Origin: Rotaria socialis
Lineage: Eukaryota
DNA: 64,000 bases
Assembly: GCA_905331295.1 (NCBI GenBank)
Contig: CAJNYD010000031.1
Coordinates: forward strand, 1-64,000
Reading direction: 5' to 3'
Below are positions 52,739-64,000 of this stretch, one piece after another (position 1 is the first letter of the stretch; every line of letters starts with the position of its first letter). The translations under genes and the position numbers were made by a program. The notes under the pieces were generated by a model. That model was not told the DNA's origin and did not search any database. It saw nothing but the letters and a program-made list of their open reading frames with translations.

Positions 52739-54438
52739 ATGGATCTGGACATTGTAAGACTATTATGCTGTTTATGTTATGACTTGATCCTTCAACCTAT
52801 GCAACTCATCTGTTGTGGTCTGCGAATTTGTGAACTTTGTAGTGAATCTAAGTATTATGATATGCTTATTTATATAATCTCTAACATAATCAATATATAT
52901 ATTTGTAGACTTAAACTCCAAAGACAATGTCCATTCTGTACCGCACCAGGAATACCGGAGGTAAAATAAAATCAATATTTACTTTACTTAATGTCACATT
53001 TTTAATTCAATCTTTAGGTGAAATATGACAGAGGTTTTAGACGAGAACTCGAATCCCTATCGCTAAAGTGTCCCAAATGCAATGATCAGTGGTTTGGACT
53101 TTTTACAGACTTGCCAGTAAAACGCTTTTTTTAGCCCATTTAGATTATCGAAGAGTATATATATTTTAGAGGCATCTAAACAACCATTATGATCTTGAAT
53201 GTGAAAATTGTGGCGAAAAATTTATTTTTTCGCAACAAGTAGAAAAACATCTAAATGAAAACTGCAAAAAACGTCTTGTCGAGTGCCCACTTGTCTTTCT
53301 GCATTGCTCAAATGAGGTATTTATTAATTGATTACATGACATTCTAAAAGCTATGCATTGCTAGAATTTAATCGTATACATTCAATTTCTTAGGTTCAAC
53401 AAATAATATTTAATTCTTTTAATAAAATAGTTCTTTTAATTTTTTCCTTGATTCAAGATTGAAGAATACCTTTATGATATATTTATTTACTTTTAGGTGA
53501 TATATGAGCAAATGAATCAGCATTGCTTAAGTGATCAGCATCAAAATTGTTTAATACAGTTCATTAAAACATTAATTCCACAAACTTCTCAGAAGCACTC
53601 AAATTTAGCGTTAGAAACACTACTTGACGAACAGTATAGGCGCATGCTAACAAATTACATAGAAAAAATCGATTCAATAGTCCAAGAAATAGATCCGATT
53701 CTTGGTAAATGCTCACGTCTTAGCTCAGAAGGACAACAATTTGAAGCAGGTATCCAGGAAGTACGTGCACAATGTGTGAAGTTCAAAGAATCGTTTGATA
53801 AAAATGAAAAACTTGCTGAGAATATAAATCAAATATTGGCGAACATGAATAAACTTCTTCATGAAATCAAGTCTATGTCAATGGTAGATCTAAAATTAAT
53901 CTCATCTGACAACACATACAAATTCAAAGTCAATATCCTTTCAATAATTGATAATGAACAAGCAGTACAATCTGAACCAGTTCACACATCGCAAAGTGGA
54001 TACAAACTAGCACTAAGCTGTAGTATATATCTAGATCAACAGAATCACGCACGTTACGTATCAATCTCTTTCATAATTCTTTGTGGAGAGTTCGATACTA
54101 TTCTATCATGGCCATTTGTATATCCAGTTACACTCGCTATTCTTGACTTGACAAAAGCAAAAAGAAATATCGAATATTCCATTCCATGGCATTCTCGAAC
54201 TGCGCCGCTTCATCAACCTCTAAGAAATCAAAATACTGTAATTCACATAGAAAGATTTTGCTCTGTTGATACTCTCATCAAAAATAGAAATAGTTATTTA
54301 CAAGATGACTTTATTTTTATACAAATGCATATCGATTTTATGGAACCAGGTGCTAATGTAACTTTTGATAAAGACAGACCAATGATCACAGAAGACTCTA
54401 TCCAGCGTAGTATTGTCACAAACATCGCAACAAAATGA
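52739..54438 (+). CDS. TRAF-like protein (RING, TRAF zinc fingers, coiled coil, MATH), ~450 aa; coding exons 52739-52851, 52909-52960, 53018-53116, 53170-53316, 53497-54438
   Basis: RING CCLC..ILQPMQLICCGLRICELC...CPFC; DRGFRRELESL..KC; HLNENCKKRLVECP; MATH motifs SEPVHTSQSGYKL, GEFDTILSWPF and YLQDDFIFI. TATAAAA at 52308 and a probable non-coding first exon (donor at 52414). Confidence 0.88.
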
Positions 54439-57400
54439 ATTGAGTATCTCATAGGATACAACACTGAAGGTCGAAGGTGAAAAATCTCTTAATTGTAAAT
54501 TTTCATAACGATAATCTAGAAAAATAAAAATGAAGAACATCGAAATTCTAAAAGAAACGAATTATGAAAAATATTTATCGAAAGAGATGATTCCCTGTAA
54601 AAGTAAATATCGAATAGAAATCCTCAGTCGTTTATAGAATAAATATATTTTTTGTATTATCCTGATCGGACAAATCAGATCGATCGTTTAACCTTATAAT
54701 TCGTATGAAAATAATGACTTTCTAGTTTAGTTGCGATGATTTTTCTGTGCAAACTCACTATAAAGTCATGCGGATAAGAAAAATACATTGAGGAATGGTA
54801 CGATATTGTGTCACGTGCCGTACGCTTTCAATCTTCTTTGGCGTAGGAAACTGCATTAGGACCCTATATCATCGGTGCGAAAAACCAATAGAAAGAAGTA
54901 GCAAACTTAGAAACTGAGATCGAATGTTTATCAGGAAAAAAAGAATATCAAGTTCCGATCGATGATTAATATTATTACACGTATTCCAAGACTAATCAAG
55001 TTTATAGTGTCAATAAGGTAGTCATTAGCATGAAAATGCAGGAGGCGCTATTATGTCAAAAGTCCGGTCTTGATTAAAAATTCTCATTCACGATTATTAG
55101 ATCATGATTGCTCAGAGATCAGCATTTAAAGTTCATCATATACCAACAATAGCTACTTAATTTGAAGTACAATAATGACTTACGTTAGAGATGCAGTGAA
55201 ATGTGAATGAAATTCGAGTCGTGTAGGTAGATATAAATAATAATAATGAAATCCACGACGTATTAATAGGTCTTAGTGTACTAATCCTTTCATTAAAGCA
55301 TAATAATAATAAAATAATAGCAATAAAGTAAGGTTTATTCTCGCCGTCGCCGGACTCACTTACATTGTCGTCGATACAAATTTTATGATCTTATTTTTTA
55401 TCTCATTATTTCAGTAAATATGTAAAGCATTTTTTTAACGGCAATATTCAATTAGAAATTTTGAAAAGTTAAGATTTTCAACTTCACTAACATATAAATA
55501 TGAAATGCAAAAGAAACTCGTCTAAGTTTTATCTCGCGTAAAGACAGTACACGTTTCTTGAGTTTCAAACGCATAAATATTAAGAAAAATATTTTCGCTG
55601 ATTTTTGAGCCAATGATGTAGACTAGAAAAATTCTTTTGAGCAACAATCAAAGCTAGACTATGACTTTAAATATCTCATCTGAGAATTTAATAAGATTAT
55701 TATGAATATCTATTTATGAGTTTATTTTAATTCAAGTGTGGAAAAAGCATGTGCTACAATCTGTTTTTCTCGATTCTCAAAGCACGCCATAAAAATTAAT
55801 ATCATCCATAATACTCAATATGAATGGTTGATCTAAGCATCAATGTGTGAATGGACGAGAAATTTGCGTGTAATTGCGTCATTTTAATGTTTATATGTTG
55901 GATCTTATGTTTAATCTCGTTGATATTCAACTTCAATTTATTCTTTGAATGCTTTGTTAGTAATAGTTTGATGTTATGATTTAGAATGGCATATGATTAG
56001 ATTAACATCATTTTATTGAATACAGCAATCAATAGTTAGTTGTCAAGTATTTTTTCCATATCGAAAAGCAAACTGTCTGATAAGAATTCCATTTATGATA
56101 TATGTGGACTCGTCTAGAAAAAGTTTTTAGATACTCTTAAGAAACGATACTTTTATAGTTGCAATTAGATAGACATTCATAAACCATAGTAGGGAGGGGG
56201 GGGGAGGCATTAGTAAAGTTAAACATCAATAAATCGAAGATAAACTCACAGCAAGTATAAATCATTTCATTGTTAATATCAACCAATAGGTAAAAAGAAA
56301 ATCATAGCAAATTTAGTAGTGATCCACAGTCAATAATGACCACCATAGTTCTTTTCAACTTTTATGCGCTTCCATAGTTTCAGGGTCAGGTATTTTCATC
56401 TCGAGTGATTAGCACACCTAATTGTAAATAACACTAAGTAGAACTGAATTTGATTAAAGTAGAAGCAACATTTTCTAAGAGCGATACCAATGAAAATAAA
56501 ACATTAATCATTTTTAGGTGCTAAATATGAGTTTTTATGTTTATATTTTCATATTGTTTTCTAGTGACAAAACACATTACTTATTTTTTTCCGATAATCA
56601 GTACACTTTTCAAAAAACAATCTTCAAGGAGTAAAATGAAACAGTTTATTTTTCAAATTTTAAACTCAAAAACAAAACAACAAAAGTTACTCATTCTATT
56701 TCACTTCGGCATATAACCTCAAGCATCAATATCTCTTTGCCATTTATTACTTTTTAATGCAAACATTTTATAAATATAAATTGTATTGAATAACATTGTT
56801 AACATTTTGGTTAAATCTATCAAAATGACACTTTATATCAATCAAGTTAATATAGAAGATCCAACTATGTTAAATAAAAAATCGTCTTCAAAATAGTCGA
56901 TGTTTCATAAATATTCTTATTTGCGGTATTCTCTTTCATGTATTATTCGAAAGAATGCTCAAGACTACATCAGCTTTGTTACCTAGAAGCCTTGCAGCTG
57001 TATTTTAGTTGTAAGAAAAAAAAATACTTTGAAAAAGGTTGATGCTCCTTGTTTGTAAAGCTACGCCCAGAATATTTTCTTGGTTCTACCTCTAAAGAAT
57101 TCAATTATGTACGATATATTTTGAACTTATCGCTCTTTTGAAAAAATAATTAAAAATAAAAATATGAACGCGAACAAATATTTTAAAGAATCGCTGAGAC
57201 AAGTATTTATCCTGAACTGATGATTATATGAACTGAGCAAATGTGATAGATATTACCTATCGAGAATATCGTTCACTTTTAACTATTGAAATAATTGTTA
57301 TAATGAAGAAAGATGCCAATAGTTAAAGAACATACAATTGCGGAGATATTGATTTTATCGTAAATAAATATTTCGATTGAATATCTAACGACTCACTAAA

Positions 57401-58361
57401 ACTACTATAAATATTCAATATCTTATGTATAAGTATTCAATGAAATATTCAAATCTATTGATTGACAACGTTGATTTGATTTGATTTTTAACAGTTTTCT
57501 TAAAATAAATTGATCAGATCAAAATGAATCAGTGTAAATGCTTGCATTTAGAGAAGTTTAAACTTGTTGATGCATTCAATCGCTGCTTTTATATGAGTTT
57601 ATTCATGTTTTTATAGTTATAATTATTTTCTTGAAGTTTTGGGATTTTTATCGATTTTTTTTATTCGATTCTGTTTGACTAAACAACAGTTCATAGGAGC
57701 TGCTTGTGATCAGTTATGAAACGAGAAACAATACACATAGAGACGTTGATTACATGTTGCTAAATTAAATAAGTCAACCATAAATTGACGTATTTAACAG
57801 TTTTTTTAAATGAAAAAATAACAAACGAATCCATATCTGTTTTCAATCAAACAGAAAGTAATATCAGAAAAGTTTTTTTTTTGTTGAATATATTGATCAT
57901 GTGTGTCCTTGAAGAAATAATAGTTTCGTTTTTCTTTGTTATTTTTTTTCAACAAAGCAATAATTATGTAAATAACGTTGTTGTTTTTCTTCCATTGAGA
58001 AAAAAACATTCAACACTTCAACATTTGAGATCATGATGTGTCATGAAGTTGAGAAGTTTTGATTTTATAATTGTTTATTCTCGTTTGGATGCATATTTGC
58101 AAAGAAAAATAATTCTCTCTTAATCTTGTATTTTTTCTCTCTCCTTTTTTCTCACTCAAATAATAAAGATTTTATGTACAAAATGAAGTTCTTATTTCAT
58201 TAGAGGTGAGGATGGACACCGTAAGCATTTAATTTGCTTTTTGTCTAATGAACAAGATAAAAATTAACTTGCGATCTTTGAAATCCTATTAATATGATTC
58301 TCATTTCTTTTATTTAGTTATTTAGTTGTTTTGTTCAATAAATATTCTTCATCAATTTGCT

Positions 58362-59078
58362 ATGTCAGAAACAAGTATTGATTTTTTGATGCACAGACAA
58401 AAACATTTACCTCAGTATCAAATAGCTGCTCAATATGATATATTAGCATGGCTCGATACAATTCCTTTATCTCGGCCAGTATATACTTTAGAACTAGATT
58501 TTGGTGATGGAATCTTAATTGCTGAAATAGTTGCTTACTTTTTTCCTGAATATGTTGAGTTAGAAATGTTTCATGTCGCTCGAAATATGTCACAACGTGC
58601 TAAAAATTGGCGTTTATTAAATTCTGATGTTTTACCTAAAATAAGTTTACATGCACCTGGTACTGTTGTACATGATATAACAAATGGAGATAATCGCGCT
58701 GTTGAATTATTTCTTCTTCACTTACGAGAGAAAATTGAAGAACATTTAATTCGTACAGGAAGAAGATCGCGTTTACAATGGGAAACATGGCGTACATTTA
58801 ATGTTGAGCGTCATCGTTTACCATACTTAGTACCAACATCACTCACACCTAGAAGAACTGCTATCGCACCTGGGTATGGATCTATTTCGCGAAGTGAAAG
58901 ATTGAAGAATCCACGTGCTGCTCTGTTTGATAATGTTTTAATAGTTAAAGATGAAGAAATTGAAGTTTTACGCCAAAAATTAAAAACTTGTGAAAAAATT
59001 ATTCGTACTAAAGACAAACGAATTCAAGAATTAGAAGAAAAATTTGAAAAAAGGAAACTGAAACGACCTTCACCATAA
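58362..59078 (+). CDS. SPEF1/CLAMP-like calponin-homology protein with C-terminal coiled coil
   Basis: DILAWLDTIPLSRP...DFGDGILIAEIVAYFFPEYVEL...QRAKNWRLLNSDVLPKI is the SPEF1-type CH signature; KDEEIEVLRQKLK...IRTKDKRIQEL is the family's coiled coil. A short upstream exon (ATG at 58212, donor at 58221, acceptor at 58325) could add 15 aa in frame. Confidence 0.85.
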   Translation: MSETSIDFLMHRQKHLPQYQIAAQYDILAWLDTIPLSRPVYTLELDFGDGILIAEIVAYFFPEYVELEMFHVARNMSQRAKNWRLLNSDVLPKISLHAPGTVVHDITNGDNRAVELFLLHLREKIEEHLIRTGRRSRLQWETWRTFNVERHRLPYLVPTSLTPRRTAIAPGYGSISRSERLKNPRAALFDNVLIVKDEEIEVLRQKLKTCEKIIRTKDKRIQELEEKFEKRKLKRPSP

Positions 59079-59571
59079 ACTTTATAATAATCAAAAACAA
59101 AAACTTACAAATTTTCTTTCTCTGTTTTATTTAATGTATTCCGAGTCGCAAGTTCGTTGTGTTAAACCAGTAAATATTATTTTCTTCTTGACTATTTTAG
59201 AAAAAGTGTATCTCGATATTGTGGATGATTTTTTTTCTTCGAATCTCTTTGTTTCTAAAGATAATTTACAAACTATTTGAATTCAACTATGAAAATAAAG
59301 GTTCTACCTTGAATATTTGAATAAATCATATCGATCTAATTTGTCATCAAATAATCATACTTATTTTATATCATTTCGTAATCGAAATATGATGAATAGT
59401 GTGGATGATATATTAGAAAACCATATTTAATCATGCTCTGGTGCCAATGTTAAAATTAATCAAAGATATAATATGTATTTTTCATTTCTTTCTTATATTT
59501 TATCTTTAAAATAGTAAAAATTAAACGTTTGAAATAAATATTAAAAATACATGGCGATAGGAGTAGCTGCC

Positions 59572-60468
59572 TAATTCGACTTCGAATATAAACGAAAATT
59601 TTCCGAAAATCCTATTGTGCACTGGCAAAAGATAAAGATAAATTTTATCCTAAATATAAATTTTATGGTTCGAATTGAGGTACCCATATAAGTCCAATCA
59701 CACCCACACCCACACCCTTCGCGGCATCCACAGTTAAGCGATGCACCCTCACAACCCATTAGCACTGTCGTGGCACCCACAGATGCGACATATGCAGAAA
59801 CGCTTTTCGAACAACAAAAGTCATACTTAACGTACGTGATGAGCTTGCTATTTCCAATGAGTATCTTACGATCACATCTGAATTTGATACAACTGGAAAG
59901 GGGAATGCGACTGGCGTGCCTAAGCTAACTTGAAGCATTCTTAAGGTTGCTTCCAGCTCTTGTGAGATTGCTGGTAGCATTCCTGAGACAGCCAGTAGCA
60001 CTTCTGGGGACACTAGTAGCATCCATGAGAGCTGCAATACGATAGTTGTGATTGGTACACGCATAGGTAAGATCGCCAGAAACAGTCCTTCACCTCCTAG
60101 GTGTATGCTCCAGTTTGTGAGAAAATGACTTTCGAACATTCGAAAAAAACGGAGGCGCAGTTTCAGCAGCTACGGCATTGCATATAGGAGTTCATTTAAA
60201 TGCACTCTGGAACCTGAATTCGGTTTCTAGCAAATCCTGCCATTGTGTCAATACTTTAAGACAGGAGATAGAAAGTTGAGGAATCATTTGGGTCGCTTAT
60301 AGATAATGTCTAAGTTCGAATTATTAAATTTATATTTAGGATAAAATTTTATCTTTTGCTTTTTGCTGTAACTATATCAATGCCCGATTTTTTTATTTTT
60401 GAATTGATATTGTGTAGTTGAACCTTCATTTATATTCGAAACCTTCATTTATATTCGAATTCGAATTC
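59572..60468. mobile_element. Long degenerate-TIR element enclosing a GC-richer internal segment
   Basis: AATTCGA.TTCGAATATAAA.GAA and GCAAAAGATAAA..TTTTATCCTAAATATAAATTT occur at the left end and in reverse complement at the right end. No TSD identified. Confidence 0.6.
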
Positions 60469-60473
60469 AACAT

Positions 60474-60867
60474 CTCATGCTTTAAACGAATATGTTCCCT
60501 GTTAGCTAATGTAAATAATTGATTATCATCCATAATTGAATTCGAATAGAATTAAATGAATTTTTTCGATTTATGGACAAAGAGAAAACATTCCATATTT
60601 TCAATCCAAAGGGCATCAACTTCGCCATTAAATACAATATAACGTCTTTCATTACGTGTTATTGGCCGATTAATCATTCAATATAACATTGAGAAGATGA
60701 CATCAGTTCATTCATCTATATATCGATAAACTTCTCCTTTATATCAAATGAAAAATCATAGATCAACGTGTCAATGGATCGAGTGTAGCATATAATTCAA
60801 TAGCACGAATCGCTTTTGGATTTACTGTGTAAAGACTTGTTTTCATTCCCGTTTGAGTTTGTGCACC
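60474..60867 (-). pseudogene. Axonemal dynein heavy chain (DNAH10-like) AAA2 fragment with stops and decayed introns
   Basis: Manual minus-strand translation: AQTQTGMKTSLYTVNPKAIRAIELYATLDPLTR / E*TDVIFSMLY*MINRPITRNERRYIVFNGEVDALWIENM / NSIMDDNQLFTLANREHIRL. This matches the dynein NPKA..ELYG.LDP.T.DWTDG...FDGDVDALWVENMNSVMDDN.LLTLANGERIRL block. Confidence 0.85.
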
Positions 60868-60936
60868 AGAACAATGGTGAGAGAACAGAAAGAGAAAGAA
60901 GGAGAATCATCGGAGCGTGCCATCAATATCGGCACA
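60868..60936 (-). mobile_element. 5' 69 bp of the same LTR as 40514-40808
   Basis: The reverse complement reads TGTGCCGATATTGATGGCACGCTCCGATGATTCTCCTTCTTTCTCTTTCTGTTCTCTCACCATTGTTCT, nearly identical to 40514-40582. Confidence 0.9.
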
Positions 60937-61426
60937 ATCATGAAAAGCTTTTTCAAAGCATTCAACATATTCTGATTTTAGTAAACAAAGACGTTGGCCA
61001 AGTAAACCAAGAAAAGGTTCATACCTTCGTCTTTGCGCACAATTATCAATAATTATCTGACATATTTCCGTCTACAATTTAGATTTGAGCATAAATAAAT
61101 ACTGCTCTTTCATATATGAAAAAAACATACTTCTTGTCCAAGAGATGCATTCATTTTAAGTAGTTTACGCGCACATTTTTCAGCGCCACTATTTAATTCA
61201 ATTGCTAGAAATATGGTACGAAAAAACGCTGGTAAATTTGTTTTCATTTGATTGATGATTGATTGTTGATTTGCATCGAAGAAAAGCAAACTTAGAACTG
61301 TTTTGAGGATGGAACATTATACTGACTTTCCATTCGATCATCTTCTTCATCAGTATCTGGTGAACAAGTGCTTGATTCATCATCATTATCACTCTATCTA
61401 GAATTATTCAAAACACTTCCATTAGT
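60937..61426 (-). pseudogene. CWC22-like fragment (acidic linker plus start of the MA3/MI domain), truncated by the LTR piece
   Basis: TNLPAFFRTIFLAIELNSGAEKCARKLLKM...QE | 59-nt intron 61130-61072 | TEICQIIIDNCAQRRRYEPFLGLLGQRLCLLKSEYVECFEKAFHD aligns with the CWC22 pattern NLV.FRRTIYL.I..S..FEECAHKLLKM...ELC.MI.DCCAQ.RTYEKFFGLL..RFC.L. There is an in-frame TAG in the upstream acidic exon. Confidence 0.8.
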
Positions 61427-61740
61427 CTATATTAAAATATATATCCATTTCAAAATGATAAACTTTCGAAGTAGTCTTTTATACTTATAATTACTCGTTG
61501 ACTAATTATAAATATTAATAGAATAGAGAGTTTTCTATTAGTTGAATAATTAAGAAGCAAATGAATGTCATTATTGATGTTTTATAATCTTAATCAGTGT
61601 CACAATAACCGATAGAAATTGATTTAGACATCTTGTCTTGAGATTGAATGTTGGATGATTTCATTAAGGCTACAGTTGGAAGACTCATTCTATTAGTTTC
61701 TGCTCTCTATATACTATGAAAGTAATAAATAATTAGTTAC

Positions 61741-62804
61741 CAGCGGCGTAACTACGAGGAGGCAAATGGGCAGTTGCCCATTTCATTTTGAACCTTGCCC
61801 ATTGAAATTTTACTTTTTCACAATTATTTACTTTTAAATAAACTAGCTACTGTCTTTTTTCTTTCGTTTGAATCACATATGTGCCCTTTCCTTGTTCTTA
61901 TGAAGAATTAATAGAAGAAAACAGAACAAAAAAAATGACCAATGCATAATTGTACATACGTATCTATATGTATAGTTGTGCTTTTCTATTATCTTGTCTC
62001 AAAATGCTGACATGGAAAGAAAACGATTGAACTATAATCCATCTCGTTCAGTTTACCGTCTTGTTTCTTCTTTCACACCACTATATTATAAGAAAAGCCT
62101 AAAGAAGAAAAAAAATATGTTTATATAAAATTGCGCACTTCCACTTATCATTTTATTGTTCTCTTTTGCCCTGTTTTAAAAGACTAATACTAAGCCGTGC
62201 CAACTGGGAAACGACCCAATACGCAGTGGCGGATCCAGAAAATCAGTAAGGGGATGACACCCCTGGTCAAAAAGTGTTTTTTAAAGCCTATTTGAAGCAA
62301 TACGACTCTTTTCTGTTTCATTTTTGCTGGGAATAATCAAAAAAATTTCGTGAAGGGGGTGCCCCTTGCCGGTTAGCCGTAATGGTAGATCCGCCATTTC
62401 CAATATGTTATTAAGTCATCACTTTTCTTTGAAATATTGAAATTATATGTAAAAATATGCAATCGTCGTCTTGATTTTGGTGTTTGAATTTCAAAATCAA
62501 ATGTTATAAATAGAGACTGAAGATAAAATAGAATATGTCTAACTTAGGAAGTCTGAGGAAAGCTTAAAATCTGAATTTCATTTCATATATATTAGGTTAA
62601 GAGAATCTCATATTTGTTTTGTGTAGTTAAATGAACATCATTTTATTTTATCTTTTTGTGTTTTTTCTACGTTATCAATACTTTGTTGGGCTAAAAAGTT
62701 TTGGCCCATCAATGAAAAATGAAAATCTTGCCTATTTAGCCCTTGTTTTTTTTTGACTTAATGGAAGTTTCCCCAGTGGTCTACAAATCCTGGTTACGCT
62801 GCTG
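61741..62804. mobile_element. Non-autonomous hAT element (1064 bp)
   Basis: TIRs CAGCGGCGTAAC / GTTACGCTGCTG (11/12), perfect 8-bp TSD TTAGTTAC (61733-61740 / 62805-62812), subterminal TTGCCCA repeats. Confidence 0.9.
62224..62399. mobile_element. hAT MITE (176 bp) nested in 61741-62804
   Basis: TIRs CAGTGGCGGATC / GATCCGCCATTT, 8-bp TSD CCAATACG/CCAATATG. Confidence 0.8.
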
Positions 62805-62919
62805 TTAGTTACATAGAATTTTTATGAAGGAACATATTAACATTAAAAACAAGGATTTATCAAGTTCTTGAATTTGAAAGAAGTTTTAATTTAAAAAGAT
62901 ACTTTATATGTGTATACCT

Positions 62920-63563
62920 CAATGGCGGAGTCAGGGGGTATAGGGGGGCTCTGCCCCCCCCCCCCTAGCGGGGGCGTGGGGGGGGTATGGGGGGCCCCCC
63001 CCCCCCCCCCCCCCTAGCGGGATTTTAGAAAGTGTATTTTTTTATATAAATATGTATTACTATTTCCAATTTAACGTTTCAGCAAGTGCTGCCAGGTAGC
63101 GAACTCGAAAACTCAGAAAAAAGGGAAAAAACTTTTAGAATCTCCGAAAAGATCCAGAAAAATTGTTAAAATTCCCACAAACACTAGAAAAAATTTCGAC
63201 ATTTCCAAAAAAAGTCCAGAAAAAGTTTTGAAATTCTCATTAAATCTGGAAGCAATCCAGCAAAATATTTTAAATTTCCCAAAAATCTAGACAAGCTTTC
63301 AAAATTCTCAAAAAAATCCAGAAAAATTTTCAAAATTCTGAAGAAATCCTAAAAAGTTTACAAAAAAAAGTCCAGAAGAATTTTCAAAATCCGAAAGATC
63401 TGGAAATACTGTTCCTAAAGCACGCTTGTAAAAGTGGCNAAAATAAAACTAAATGATCTTTTATTGTTTATCTGTTCAGTTGATTATATTACAAGACAAC
63501 TGTTTAGTGGCGCCCTCATCCACACATGTATATTCCCTGTTCATGTCATTGGCTCCGCTATTG
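62920..63563. mobile_element. hAT MITE (644 bp) with G/C homopolymer block and internal ~33-bp tandem repeats
   Basis: TIRs CAATGGCGGAGTCA / TGGCTCCGCTATTG, TSD GTATACCT/GTATACCC. AAAAATCCAGAAAAATTTTCAAAATTC-like units at ~63115-63400. Confidence 0.75.
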
Positions 63564-63881
63564 GTATACCCATGTATAATTCAATGAAAATCTTATGCAG
63601 ATTGTAAAGCAAGAGAAAAGACTTCGCGTAACGGATATATTTTCTTTCGAAATGAAGACGCAAGCAATTGTACTTAAACATTTGAATTGAATCAAAGTTA
63701 CAGACTGTTACATACCAACATGTGACTTTGAGAAAAATTCAAAGATCTTCGAAGATCTATAAAAGTCGCCAATGACATGAACAGGGAATATACATGTGTG
63801 GATGAGGGCGCCACTAAACAGTTGTCTTGTAATATAATCAACTGAACAGATAAACAATAAAAGATCATTTAGTTTTATTTT
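63440..63881. repeat. Inverted duplication: 114-bp arms (63440-63553 / 63768-63881)
   Basis: Apparently exact reverse complements. The left arm begins immediately after the single N at 63439. Confidence 0.8.
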
Positions 63882-64000
63882 GAAAAAAAGACAAAATTCT
63901 TTCCTATTCAAATAAAAAATATCATCCAAAAATTAATTTGATTATTTCCACCGAAAATGCGGTCTATATATATATGTTGTTTTCTCATTAGAAAAAAGTC

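Noticed and set aside
59759..60139. 126-aa minus-strand ORF
   Set aside because: It lies in transposon cargo with no recognisable domain; the repeat periodicity fits a different, stop-interrupted frame.

Overview
Very AT-rich eukaryotic genomic DNA with mostly 47-75 nt GT-AG introns, metazoan housekeeping and neuronal genes, bacterial/fungal-type enzyme genes and many non-autonomous DNA transposons. This combination suggests a bdelloid rotifer (inference, not proven). Genes, in order: an orphan secreted Arg-rich/Ser-Thr-rich protein; TFIIH p8 (GTF2H5/TFB5) followed only 6 nt later by U11/U12-25K (SNRNP25), a candidate bicistronic unit; two adjacent probable horizontal transfers (an intronless isochorismatase-family hydrolase and a one-intron PA-domain M28 aminopeptidase); a divergent 9-exon capicua; a 12-exon vesicular glutamate transporter; a 7-exon caprin; tRNA-Met(CAT); a RING-zinc finger-MATH TRAF-like gene; and a SPEF1-like CH-domain gene. 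I reconstructed the exon chains by hand and they keep frame to the stop codon. Non-genic structure includes two long foldback elements (one with 693-bp apparently identical arms inside a VGLUT intron), three short inverted duplications, several hAT MITEs with 8-bp TSDs, CCCAG/CCCG-ended CMC-type MITEs with 2-bp TSDs, a solo LTR with a 5-bp TSD inside a nested transposon stack, and a chimeric pseudogene (CWC22 fragment + LTR piece + DNAH10-like dynein fragment). No CRISPR, rRNA or intact transposase was seen. Family assignments come from recalled motifs, not database searches.
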